Positions 13,211 to 25,700 of a DNA stretch of 64,000 nt are shown here, piece by piece. The notes below the pieces were generated by a model. It was not told the DNA's origin. It made no database searches and saw only the letters and a list, made by a program, of their open reading frames with translations. The translations under genes were made by a program, and so were the position numbers. Within the stretch, counting starts at the first letter, position 1; every line of letters starts with the position of its first letter. This DNA is from Camelus dromedarius (taxonomy: Eukaryota): contig NC_087436.1 in the NCBI RefSeq assembly GCF_036321535.1, positions 23,686,001 to 23,750,000 on the forward strand, written 5' to 3'.

Positions 13211-15129
13211 AAATGGGATGTTTGGGAATAAAAACCAGAATATTTTGCAAAGCATTTTGAACATCCTTAAGGATGAGTGGCATTTGAATTTTCTGCATTA
13301 CTAGTGTTCTGTTCAGTGGGTACCTATCTTGGTGAAGACTCATTAGATTTTTTTTGCCAAAAATGAATTGAGCTGTACTTCCTGACCCACGACTTTTATA
13401 ATGATCCTGGCACCTTAAATATGGTTTTAAAGTTAGTGCCTATTTTGGGAGAAATCATGGATTCTGTTAGTGACATTGTCTCTTGGCATTACTGAAAAAA
13501 AAGAATCATAAGACTTATAGATTTTTGTAATTAACATAAAGTCATTTTTGCTATGCTTTCAGAAAAATATAACATTAACTTTCATAATTAAATAAATTTT
13601 TTTCTCAATGGGAAGAAATTTCTGGGATCTGACTAAACACACAGAGTAAAAAATACATGGACTGATTAACATACTATTATATAAACTATAGAAGTGGAGT
13701 GTCTAAATACTTCTATTGTACTAGTGCTTCACTGTCATAGTTTTCTCTATAGAGTAAAACTCCATGGATACTGGATAAAAGTTTCATTTTTCCTAGGATA
13801 ATTTTAGCAGGTATCAAAATTAAGATTGTTACTAAAAGTGATTTCACCTTAGTAGTAGTTCTGAAGAAGATATGGGCTTTTATCAAACACTGTTTTCTCT
13901 CTCTCTTGTGTAGAATCACTGCTCGAATGAGTCAGTTTACCCATGAGAGTGTTTGTATGCCCAAGGGTGAGGATGCCTGGCCCCTGAGGAGGTCCTGAGT
14001 GACAGGTGCTGAGGCCAGCCCAAGAGTGAAGGGCTGAAAGCATCCTCATTGAGGTGTTAGTCCAGAGTAGAGAGAAATGTGTTCAGTGGAGTCCACATCA
14101 GTGGTGCAAATGGGTGCTTTTGAGAACCTGATAGGTGATACCAGGTTGTACAGCTGTGCCCCGAGCAGTAGGTGTCACTGTAGTCAGTGGCTTTTACTGC
14201 TCAGAGCTGAAGGGGTTAATTGAGTCTGGTGTATTTGGGCAGAAAGAGGTCCATCTGTCCCCTCCAGGCTGCTTATCTTTGTCTCCAGGGCCCCAGTTGA
14301 CACCAGTGAAAGGCTCCAGTCCACACTGAGAGGTACCATTCTTCTCTAAGAAGGGAAGAAAGATTGTCTCCCATCTGTATTTTAGAGTCCAAGGCTGGGC
14401 TGTTTGATGTGATGGGGTGGATTGAGTTGAGGTGGAAAATAGGTGAGAGAATCCTTCTAGAGTTTGGTGGGGGACCTGAGATGGAGGGGGAAGGAAAATT
14501 CTATTAAGAGAAATGAAAGAATATGGACTAGCGGAATACATTTCCTTGTTATTATTGGCCCTGAGCCCTGTTGTATGCAGGCAGTGTGAGCTTTTAGAAC
14601 TTCTATTAGCATCCTTGTCAGAAATTTCCCTTTTACCACAAAGGAAGCAAAGAAAAAAAAATCTCTTTAGCAGAGATGTAGTTCTCTTCTGCTACTTTCC
14701 ACTCCAGAAAGATAATTTTCAAATGCTAAAATGGAATTTAGGATTTAGAAATAGCTGTGTTGACTAATTTAAAAAAAAAATCCTGTGATTACATAGCCAA
14801 TTGCTTTTTCAAGTACACCCAATTTTACTTTTGGTTTTCTAGTAGCACCCTGGTGTGAAAACAAAATAAAACTGAGTAAACTCACTGTACAGTTTTGGAT
14901 TCATCTTATCTCTTTTTTTTCTGCCTAGAGAACCCATCTCTCTCCCCACCCAACACCCATGCAGCACAGTGTAGTCTGTCCTTTAAAAAAAAATAATACA
15001 TGAAGGCTTTCTGTATATGATTTAGACCTAGATACTCATTAAAAATAGCTCCTGTCCAGTGTCTGTGTCCCCTCATAGACTGCCTGTTGGTTGTAGTTAA
15101 CACTCTGATTAAGCCTTGCTCTTAATGTT

Positions 15130-15680
15130 ACAATATGTTAAGCTCAGACTGCTCTCTCTCTCCCCTTCTGTCTCCCTCTGAGTGAGTGGCTCGTTTTAAG
15201 CCATCCGCACACTCGCCAGAGCCAGGTGGTGTCGCTTCCTGCCTCTCCTGCTCGCTGTTGCTAAGCGAGAGGCACCAGATCACACATAAAGCTGAACCAA
15301 TAGCATCCTGACCCCCACAGGCTGGTAAAAGCTGAAGAAAAGAGACTCCCACCGTGTTGTCTGTGGCCAGTGGGTCCTCCTCCCCCTCCCTCTCCCCTCC
15401 CACCTTTTCTTTTCCAGCAGGAAGGGGCGGTGGTGAGGGAGACTGTAGGAGGAAGAAGGAAGAAAGAGGAGAGGCTGGGGGAGGTGAATCCTAATATGCC
15501 TCACTGTACTTGAGATAAATGCCATTTTTTTTTCTTTGTGAAGAAAAGGAATGGGCGCTCCTCTTGAGCAGTCACAGACGGGCAGATGCGCTTCTTTCTG
15601 CCCCCAAACTGCCTGTGTTGTCAAAGCTCAAACTCTGAATAAGACGTCTGTCGACCTGCATATCTGCTTTGCTCTCTCTC
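15130..15680. promoter_or_regulatory. Promoter-like region (candidate alternative promoter / first exon)
   Basis: No recognisable repeat, locally raised CpG, ETS-like cttcct at 15235, CCAAT 15297-15301, GC box GGGGCGG 15424-15430, adjacent CT-rich tract. Confidence 0.5.
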
Positions 15681-15689
15681 ACTGGCTCT

Positions 15690-15745
15690 CTCCTCTTCTC
15701 TTCTCTTCTCTTCTCTTCTCTTCTCTTCTCTTCTCTTCTCTTCTC

Positions 15746-15782
<37 letters not shown>

Positions 15783-15825
15783 CCCTCTCTCTCTCTCTCT
15801 CCTCTCCTCTTCTCTTTCTCTCTCA
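15690..15825. repeat. Compound (CTCTT)n/(CT)n polypyrimidine microsatellite
   Basis: Directly visible; explains the SSLLF and REEKR repeat ORFs in the track. Confidence 0.97.
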
Positions 15826-18244
15826 GCTATGAATCTTTTAATCCCCATGGTTTTGCAGATCTTGGCCACCTCTGTTTATTCTTCCTCTTCTCCCTCATTC
15901 CCTCTCTGTCTCACTGTATTATTCTCCCATTCCAGAATGCATTTCCTTGAATGTATCAGTTAGCAGAGAGTATTTTATATCTTGTCCTGCAGAGGAAGTC
16001 ATCAGATCATCCTAGGGAATGGGGCAGGAGAAGAGAAATATTTATGAAGGCAATTAAAAAAAAAAAAATCCCCCATTAAGAATGTCGTCGTCTTTGGCAA
16101 GGGCTGTGCAAGCACAAAGTGAAATGAAAGGCTCTTCTTAAACTGGATAACTGCCAATGTAGACAGCCAGTGGTATAGTTGCGATTATCCAGAGGAAATG
16201 ACTTTTCTCCTGTAATTACCTGGGTATTTTGGGCAGCATCAGGCCCAAGTTACCTGGGTAATTATGGCTTTGTAGGTCTGACCTTAGAACAAAACAGATT
16301 CCAGTTAAGTTCTCTGCAGAAAGTGTTTGCTATCTTTGATGATAAAAGTAGCAGAGGCATCCACTGGTCTGGCAGCCAGGTGAAGTCCAGGTACAGGGAG
16401 ACTTCCTTCGGTTCTGTGCCCAATAGATTCTGAATAAATTTCTACTGACCTTTTGGAGGTGGCTTATTATTTGGTCTCTCATGAGCCTTTGGAAAAAATA
16501 ACCTGTGTTTATTTCTCAGTCAAGGGTGTTGTGGTTTCCTGTAATCTCTTCCTGGATTTGCTTGTGTTTTGGTGGGCTATCAAAAGGATGATATTCATGG
16601 TTAAACCGTCCATTTCCCTCAAGATATTTTCCTTTCATACTTGAAATGCTCCCAGACTACTGGCCCAGAAATCCAGTCCACTTACTTAATATCACACAGA
16701 AAAGTGATCATTATTCTCTCATTCCACATGCTTTTTCTCCTTTTATACTGTTTTTTTTTGTCTTTCTTTCTTTTGAACTGAAACTAAAATGTTTTCATAA
16801 AGGGAAGTATAGGGAATCAGATTAACCAAAAGGGAATTACCAGTGAAAAACCTTCGCAAGTGCTGAGTAACTGGAATGTTTTGCTTTTTGAGTTTATCTT
16901 TTTATTATTATCATGAGGTAAAAGACAGTCAGTATCATTAGTTCTCATATATACCATTTACAGCAAAAATGATTATTCGATAATCTCCAGGCATCATTTC
17001 ACTCACTTTCGATCTCTCCCAGGTTAAATCAGCACTATTTACAGGTAGGCCGGTGCTTTGAGTGAGCTTCAGAACTTCATCCTCTGCTGTGCTCATTTCT
17101 GGGAGGGAGACATAATTACAAACTAAAGCTCTAAAAGTGGGCAAAGAAGTTTGAAGAAAGGCGAGGACTGGCTAGCACATCTTATAGCACTGCCTTGCCC
17201 CTCCATTGGTTAGTAGGTTAGTGTTACCAGCTACTGTTCATTTACCACTCACCTATTTTATGTTCAGCCCTGTGCTGGGGGGTTTTGAGCTGGAAACATA
17301 GTGGTAAGCCAACTTTGCCTTGGTGCCTCCATCTCTGGGGCTTGCAGCCATCTCGGTTTTATCAACTTCACTGTCCAGACACAGGCGCCATGTTGCAGCC
17401 ACACCAACCTGCCAGGACCAGCTACTCCTGCTTCCCTCCTGGTTGATAATTCTCTTCCTTCAAACCCCTGGGTCACGCCCACCTCCGCCGCCCTGAATAT
17501 CCTGCCTTAGCAGTTCCAACACACATCCAGATCCCTCAGAACTTCCTCCCCAAATTTGCACTTGTTTGACGTACTTTTAAGTCATTAATTATGACTTCTC
17601 TCCCTGGATACCTGATGTGTCCTCTGTTTCTTCTCCTCTGTGCCTTTGCTTAAGCTGGGCCTTCCTTCCAGAAGGCTTCTCTTCCTCCAGTCTCTCCCTG
17701 TGGAAATCTAGGCCCCCGAAGACTTTCTCCCTAATCAGCTTTGAGTTGTACAAAGTGTATCCTTGGTGGTGCCCAGGGCTGCTCGGAGGAGGACATTAGA
17801 CACTCTGCAATATCCCCATCAGCCTCCCTGTGAAGCCACTTCGCATGGAAGCATAATTACATACCGAATGCATTTGCTATGCAAACACAGCTTCAAGATC
17901 GTCTCCCAAGTGCCCTTTCCATCCCAATTGCTAACCCTAAACTTCCCTTTTATAGAAATTCTGAAACTGTATCTTCTCCACTTAATTTTAATCTTCTCAG
18001 GGCCACAGCTCTGTCTTCCTCATCTTTGTATTTCCCAAAGCACAAAATGAAAGGGCCTGGCACCCAAAAGCCCCTGGAAAATACCTACTGAATTGTCATA
18101 TCATAAAGCCCAGGAAACCTTAAAGATTATGTCTGTAACTCTCCCAAGTTTTCCAACTATATGTGTAGAGAAGAATGGAATTTGATGTGAATATTTTAAA
18201 TCAGACTATGAGACAACAAATGTTGTCTCTGTTAAGTATTACTG

Positions 18245-18610
18245 TATTTATCTGTCAGGAGAAGGAAGGTGATGAAATAGTAACAAATCTTAGTGGTATG
18301 AAACAACACAACCTTAATTCTTGCTCATGTTTATTGTGGGTTGGTGGGGGAGGGGGACTGCTTATCATCCTCACTCAGGGACTCATTCTGACAAAACTAG
18401 CCACTATCTCACACCAGTGGTTGTACCAAAGGGAAGAGGGGGTTCTAACAGCAGCAGTTTAATGTTCCTGCCCAGAAATGGTACTGGCATTCTGCTCACA
18501 GTTCATTGGTCAGAACTGGTCACATGACCCCATCTAACCACATGAGAGCCAGGAAGTGCAGTTCTGCTGTGTGCCTGGAAGATAGCAAGTTAGAAATATT
18601 TGGAAAATGG
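18245..18610 (-). mobile_element. MLT1-type (ERVL-MaLR) solo LTR remnant
   Basis: gtaacaaatcttagtggtatgaaacaac ... ttctgctcacagttcattggtcagaactggtcacatgacccc ... gtgtgcctggaag. Confidence 0.75.
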
Positions 18611-18959
18611 CTTACATTTTTTTATTCAGTGAAAGATTTTTTTAGAGGAAATTTACATTTAATATTGAGCTTGGGCGATTAGAGACTGTTCATATAATTC
18701 CCCTCCTTTTTATATATAGTATTCTTTCCCTCACCCACCAAGACAGATTGCTTTGCTTAACTCTAGGAGGCTTAGCTGCAGCAATTAAGGGATAAGTGGT
18801 TCTGTTGTCTTGAAGCATAAAATGAAGAACTTGACCATTGTTTATACCTTTTCAACTACTCTTACCAATACTTCAGAGGCTCTTATGATGGGTAAATTAT
18901 GCTCTAGACACCCACCTAAGGACTGCCCCCAGGTTCACTTTGAGTGTTGTCACAGTCAG

Positions 18960-19360
18960 GGTCATAGAAAATCAGTAGAGGTTTTTATGAATTTATTCCA
19001 AGAAATTAGTCAGGGAGTATACAAATATTACATAACAGGTGCATTATGTTTCATACTGAAAATTTGAAAACAGCCTAAATGTCCAGCAATAGGGAATTAG
19101 CTATGTTAAGTTACGGTATATGTAGAAAATGGAGTACATGTCACCATTCAAATTATATTTTAGAAGAATATTTAATGAGATTGGAAAAAATGTTACAAAG
19201 TATTGATTGCTAAGTTTTTAAAAAGCAGGCATTGGAACCAAACAAAGAGCAGATTCTACTTTTTAAAAATGCATTGTAACTGGAAAGAGAGATACTAATA
19301 TATGAATGTGAACAGGGCTTATCTTTTAGTGGTATCATTATGAGTGGTTTTTGTGCTTTT
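18960..19360 (+). mobile_element. Old L1M(E-like) 3' fragment
   Basis: gaaaatttgaaaacagcctaaatgtccagcaatagggaattag ... ggtatatgtagaaaatggagtac. Confidence 0.65.
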
Positions 19361-21809
19361 TCCCTTGCTTTTTTTTTTAAGTAAGCAGGAATGACTTCTA
19401 TTGCATATAAGGAGATAATGTAAATATCTTTGGCCTCTGACGTGTGTTAATTTCAAGGAACATACGTGGTGTTAGTTTTTTTAGGTGTATGAGAGGCACA
19501 CAGATGTCTCTTGTGTATAGTGGAATGAGGCTGGTTCCAAGACAGAGGTTCAGAAACTGTGTTCCTGCAGATCAGGAGACAGTTTGACGTCAGTTCACAC
19601 TTGTCCGGGCATAGGCATTTTGCCGTTTCTTGCCCTTTCTTCTGCCGAGGCGCTGTATAGATCTTTCGTGGCATTTTGACTTGACATTTCACAGCTGCTG
19701 CAAATCCACTAAGCAAGGACATGACACTGGCACTGTGAGGCCGCTGGTAGCACATTGGTTTGTCAAGAGATGCTAAATTTGCTGAGATAGTGAAAAACTG
19801 GCATGTATTTATTTTGGGTTGATACAAACTGCTGTGAAATAGGGGCCCATTCTGGATGAACTTGTAATGCTCATTCATCTTGTGTTGTGCACTGAGCTCT
19901 AATGCTACAGCTGTCATCCACTCTCAATGAACGATTGTCATATTGTCAATCCACGATAATACGGAACAATTTTCATTCCCCATGTTGAAGTATCACCATT
20001 GTAATATAATTCAGTTCATATTAACAATGCTTTGATGACAATTCCTTTCCACCCCACCCTTTTAGCCCTCCCTCTCTCCTTTTCTTAACCAAAAGGAAGT
20101 GTATTTTGACAACATCTCCAGTGTTAACGATTTTCTGCTTTTAAAACATCTTGGGCCCACAGCCCTCATTGAAACTTCGGAAAACACACCAGTCGTTTGT
20201 TTGTTTCTTTTTCTTATAGAACTAAGGTAGTGCCTTACGCAGAAGAACTAAAAGTATTTTTACCCATTTGTCTTGTTTACTCTTAAAACATCCTCCTGGA
20301 AAAAGATGATGTATTATGATTCCCTTTTTATTAGGAGCATAATTAGAACTCAACTGTCTTCAGTCTGTCTACAATTTAGGGTCTACAGTCTGTTCATTCT
20401 ATAAGGCTGCTTATTTTTCCAAGTGTTAGCAGTGATGTCAGGAGCTGCTTACATGGTAGAATTAACTACCCTAATGAATTTATATGCACTGATTTTCCCT
20501 AGAGGGGAAGCTGGTTCTATGTATGAGTCTTCACCAATTTTCAAGGTACTTTCCTGTCACAATAGACTATTTTAAACTGATTGAGAGTGTTGTCTTTGTT
20601 AGACTTTTCCCAAGAGCTAACTCTAGGTGGGCACAGTTGATATGATTAAAATCTATGGTGCATACTTGTGAAACTGTTCCAGCTACAGTGCTGCCATTCT
20701 AAAAGAAAAAAAATTATTGTGGTTGTTGGATTTTTCACTTTTCTCATTTTTAAATTCTTCGCTCGTCCAAATACTTGCTCCAAAACATGTGGCAGAATGT
20801 GTGGAGATGGAGAGAGTTCGGGGAAGGAAGGAAGTTGGATGTCAAAAACCACTAGAAATTTTTGTATGGTCACGAATCCCCCAGATGACTGCGTGGAAAA
20901 TATTACAGTATTGCCTTCTGGGGGCCTCTTCCTCTGCGTTCTTCTAAACTAAAAATCAGGGTTGTTGTAACAGCACATTTCTCAAAGGTAGGAAAACAAA
21001 AAGGAAGCTGGGTGAGGAAAAGAGTGCTGTTTGGGATCTAAGAGTTGAAGAAGCCTGAGATAAATGCATATAGAAATGTCTCCTCTTCTGCCTCCAGGAG
21101 TGAAGAGTTGAGAAATAAAGGAAAGAGGGTGAGAAGCAGAGGGGAAGGGAGAAAAACATTCGTAAAACACGCAGGTCACATTCAAACTGTCATATGCTTG
21201 GTGCTCTGCGGCATCTTGGGACAGTCCTGGATTTGAACACTCTGTCTCTTTGGCCCCATAGGGGAGACCTGTTTTATCAGCCATGGGTCTGAGCCTTTCA
21301 GGGCATTTACCGCCCAAGTGTAGGCACCTCAGGGATGTGAGGTACAAGGCTGTTACTCAACAGCCTGGAACAGGAAGTGGAGACCCTGCCACTAACTGAA
21401 ACTTCAGACTTCACATAAAGTGTGTACCCACTTGGAACGTTACCAGGGCACCAGGACTGCAGGACTGATCTCTCTCCTCCAGCAGGAAGCACCATGGGGC
21501 CCACAGGAAGCCCCAGTCACTCTTGCGTGCAGCACTGCCTTGTCACAGGGTCCTGATGTGATGGGGTCAGACAAATGAGACATCAGCCTCACTTCCAACT
21601 TTACCCCATTTAAAAGGGAAGACTAGGTTGGGATGGGGATGCAGTGGGGGTCGGGCCATGTGTGAAGCATGGTTTTGGTGACCCACGTTTAGAAGGCAAT
21701 TCTTCCTGGTACGGACAAACTGTCAACAGCCTTTAAAGCCACAAGTTAGAAACAATCAACATAACTTTGCATTCATTCATTCACTCCCTCGCTCACTCAC
21801 TCCCTAATG

Positions 21810-22035
21810 AAATGGCTAATAGTGCTGGGTCTGGAATCAGACTGCTGGATTTGAATCTCAGCTCTGCCATTTCCTGGCTGTGCGATTTGGGTGCACTCCT
21901 TACTTTTTACTAGTAAGATGTGGATAATAATAGTTCCCACTTCCCCAGAGCTTTGTGAGGATTCAGTGAGTTCATACCTGCTCCGAACAGTGCCTTACAC
22001 TTAGTAAGCCCGTATGAAGGTTGGCTGTTTTATTC
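21810..22035 (+). mobile_element. MIR SINE
   Basis: tctggaatcagactgctggatttgaatctcagctctgccatttcctggctgtg ... ttgtgaggattcagtgag ... gaacagtgcc. Confidence 0.85.
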
Positions 22036-23330
22036 ATTTATCTCATGAACAAGAGATGACTATGCACCTGGTCTCACTAAGATCTCTAGTTAGAGGTCTC
22101 TCGTGAAATACTCACCCTCTCCGGATGATGGAATTGCAGCATTCCCTTTAAATCCTAGTTTGTTTTTTCTTTGCATTTATCAGTCTGAATCGTTTTTTAA
22201 AAAATATTCTCCCATCTTAATCAGTGCTAGAGGTGAGATCATGCCTCTGATAGTTTGTGGGGATGGATTTAATTCCATCTCTCCAATTTTGAACAGTTGA
22301 GCCTCCTGACTTGCTTGCTCCCTCTTCCTCTCTTCTATTTCTTCTATTCTCTTTCTTCCTGCCTCTCTTGATCATTGTCCCACCTCTGCCCTACTCCATG
22401 GAGCCTGGGCTAGTGAAGGTGGGGTATCCAGTGGTGGGTATATAACTACGCTCGTTCATAGTTGGTGCTTCAAGACTCGCTCCCAAAGCAGTGTAATGTG
22501 CCTTTCTAAAATTAGGATGCCTCAGTATACATTTGTATAGAAATGCTTGCATATTATTGGACATTAAATAACTCCTATGGAAGGAAAATTAAGTCTTATT
22601 TTAAATGTCAGGAATATAAAAATTGAAAAAATATTCACAGTGTGTCATACGACACAGTGATTCCATGAAAGTTTCATAGAATGCATTTCAGAGACAAGCA
22701 GAACGGATCCAACACTTGCTAAATTGTAATTGTAGTTCTGTTCTCTCAGGGAGTTGAGTTGAATTAAATGCATTAGCTCAGATTGTCATAATGTCTCCAG
22801 AATAGAAGGAGGGTGATATTTTATGTTTATGTAATAGTGGGAGAAGACTATCATTATGCATAATATATATATTTGAATCCTATTTAAATCAGCGAAGGGT
22901 TCATTCCTGACACTGATTCCCATACTCTGGCAAGATGAGGTCAGCGTGAAAGACATAAATCTGGCAATTACTCTGTGTGTAATTTAGCATTGGCATTTTT
23001 CATAAAATCGTGATGTCCTTCTGTTAAGCACTTCACCCTATGTATTGTTGATTTTTTGAGCGGGTATGCATTGGAGTTTCAAATTTCTGTTGAACATCAT
23101 ATTAGATAAAATGTGGTACACAAGGGTTAGAGGATGGAAGGATGGACACATTAGTGGATATCAACCATATTAACCTTATAAGGGAGGGGGAGGGTTGCAT
23201 TAATTGTGCACATTCAGGTGGGAGGGACCCTCATCTTCTGCCTAGAGATGAATTCTGTTTGTGAATTCTAATAGTAGTTGAGAACCACACGATGAATAGT
23301 ACCTCTCTCTGGGGAGTTTTGGGAAGCTTC

Positions 23331-23680
23331 TTTTTAATTTGAAGTTTAGTTGATGTACAATAATGTGTTAGTTTCTGGTGTACAGCAAAGTGATTCAGTT
23401 ACACACATACCTATATATTCTTTTTCATTATAGTTTATTACAAGATATTGAATACAGTTCCCTGTGCTCTACAGCAGGACCTTGTTTTTTTAATCTATTT
23501 TATATATAGTGCTGTGTATCTGCTAATCCCAAACTCCTAATTTATCCCTCCTTCTCCCCTTTCCCCTTTGGTAACCGTAAGTTCATTTTCTATGTCTGTG
23601 AGTCTCTTTCTGTTGTATAAATAAGTTCATTTGTGTCATTCTTTAAAGATTCTACATATAAGTGATACCATATGATATTC
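23331..23680 (-). mobile_element. Cetartiodactyl-type L1 3' end (5'-truncated)
   Basis: tagttgatgtacaataatgtgttagtttctggtgtacagcaaagtgattcagtt ... ctaatcccaaactcctaatttatccc ... ggtaaccgtaagtt. Confidence 0.9.
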
Positions 23681-24984
23681 AGCAAGTCTTCTAAGTTCAA
23701 GATCTATTTCTTTGTCTCTGTCTTCTCCCCAGATAACAGCTTAATCATTCAGATGATTGGAGACACTCTCAACACTATGATGGAATAGAAATGAGAATGA
23801 AGAGGCATCCCTCTCTCCTCCCCTCTTCCCCTCCTGTCTCCCTTCCTCTCCCTCTCCCTCTGTTTTTCTCATATGAGACTCAATATTCACACTAGATCAA
23901 AGGAAAGAGCCATAAGTCAAGCAGCGTGCCTCCTTTTCCTTTTCTACCCTCAACTTTCAGTTCTCCAAGTACATCGTGGTCTTCTGAGTGTGTCCACCTG
24001 GGTCTTCATTTCCCTCATACTCTTGTTTAGCTGTGTGAGTGTTTGTTGTCTGTCTCCTGCTCCAGCGGTGGCAGAGGAACTTGCCTTTGTTGGCATGTGT
24101 GTCTCCTTTTTCTTTTTGGGGAGACGGATTGTAGTGGTGATAGTAATTTGCTCTTAAAAGAGAAAAGTCTCAAAAGCATTTTCTGCCAGCGCGTTGAGCG
24201 CTCCGTATCACGGTGGCTCCTATTGTTTGGTGCCTGTGGCATCGGGACAATCCACTGAGGGTGCCCTTTTGTCAAATTCCTGCCTGACCTTGGGTTCAGG
24301 AAGCACTCTTGGGGAGTAGGAAATACAGAAATGGAATGAGTGGGGGAGTCCTAAAGTAAACCAGCAGTGACAGTGAGGCATGACGCGTGCCGGTCAAGGG
24401 GCTAGTTGGAAGAACAGGTGTGGGGAGCCTCATGGAAGAGGTGATGTCACCCCCAGGATCAGGGCCTGGGGACTCCAAGAATGGGGATGTCCTGAGCAAG
24501 GAGCTCTCAGGTTGAGCTCTTGGACCCCTCGAGTGCATGAGAGGAAAGCTTACCATGCACAGCCACCTGGAACATCACGCCTTGGCTGGGGGGCTACAGG
24601 AGTCAGTGGGCACACAGATTTCCCCCTACTGTGTCCAGGTGACCCTACTGGGGTGCATCCCACCAGGCGGGCAGGATGGATGGCATCATCATCCAAAGCT
24701 TCAGTGATACCTTTCACAGACCACTGTCTCAGCTCTGCCAGCCTCACCTCGGCTCTCCCTTTGGAACGTAGCTCTCCTTTCCATCATTCCCTCAGACCGC
24801 ATCCTCAGGACATTTTGGAATTTGGGAATTTTGTTTCCTTTTACCCCAATTTACCGCAGCATCATGGCTGTGCACACAGAGGTAGCCCCGCCATTGCAGC
24901 TGTCATCCCAAGAGCACCTTCTCGAATAACAGCTGAGCTTGCACGTGCCCATTTCTGTTCTCTGTGTTTTGTGGAGACTAATTC

Positions 24985-25105
24985 CTTGAATCCTGAGGGG
25001 TAGGTTTTATTATTATCCCCATTTTGTAGACGGAAAAACTGCAGCCCAAGGAGTGCTGTGCTGGCCCAAGGCCACACATTTAGTAAATGGTAGAACTGGC
25101 ATTAT
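24985..25105 (-). mobile_element. MIR SINE
   Basis: attattatccccattttgtagacggaaaaactg ... gcccaaggccacacatttagtaaatggtaga. Confidence 0.8.
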
Positions 25106-25437
25106 GGGCTCAGACAGCACAGCTTAGAAATCATTGCTCTAAATACATGAAGTGCTTCCTCAAGACGCCATAGGTAGTCGTTGTGCTTAACACCTAGGAA
25201 GCTTGGGATGTAGAACGCAAGATCCTGTGCCCAGTAGAGGCAAAAGACATATAAAAATATCGGGGTTGTCAGGGTTGGGGACATCCTGCATCACCCGGGA
25301 GGATGTTTGTGTGTGGTGGGACAGGCGTGTCTCTACCCTAGGTGAGTTCTACCTGGGTTGTCAGGATAGGGTGGGGAGGACAGCAAGGAGGACTTGCCTG
25401 GACCTTTGTACGACCTGGAGGAGGGTCAGCTCAAATT

Positions 25438-25478
25438 AAAAAAAAAAAAAAAAAAAGACTCTCTCTCTCTCTCTCTCT
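25438..25478. repeat. A-run followed by (CT)n
   Basis: Directly visible. Confidence 0.9.
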
Positions 25479-25584
25479 GTATGTAACTCAGAAGCCTTGT
25501 AGGTGTAGGATGTATGGTCTTTTGTTTATTTGTTTTCAACAGTCTTGAGTTTTTCCATTTAGAGCCAATGAAGGTGCACCTGTG

Positions 25585-25700
25585 CCAGCCAGCTATGTGA
25601 CCTTGGATGAGTCATTTTGTTCCCCGCCTTATCCAGAAAATGAGGGAGTTGGATCAAATTGTCTTCAAGGTCACTTCCAGCTATGAAGTCTTTTGGTTCT
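25585..25700 (+). mobile_element. MIR3-like SINE
   Basis: agctatgtgaccttggatgagtca ... aaaatgagggagttggatcaaattgtcttcaaggtcacttccagct. Confidence 0.7.

Noticed and set aside
15551..15950. ORFs with REEKR / SSLLF repeats
   Set aside because: Translation of the (CTCTT)n/(CT)n microsatellite
16143..16295. H/ACA snoRNA reading of the double hairpin (AGAGGA hinge)
   Set aside because: No ACA box directly after hairpin 2, and the hairpins lack pseudouridylation pockets
19453..19917. 154-aa minus-strand ORF as a gene
   Set aside because: No recognisable homology or exon structure; this length is plausible by chance across six frames of 64 kb
24380..25003. Longest ORF (207 aa)
   Set aside because: No recognisable domain, lies in a locally GC-rich stretch with fewer stop codons, and ends in a MIR; consistent with chance
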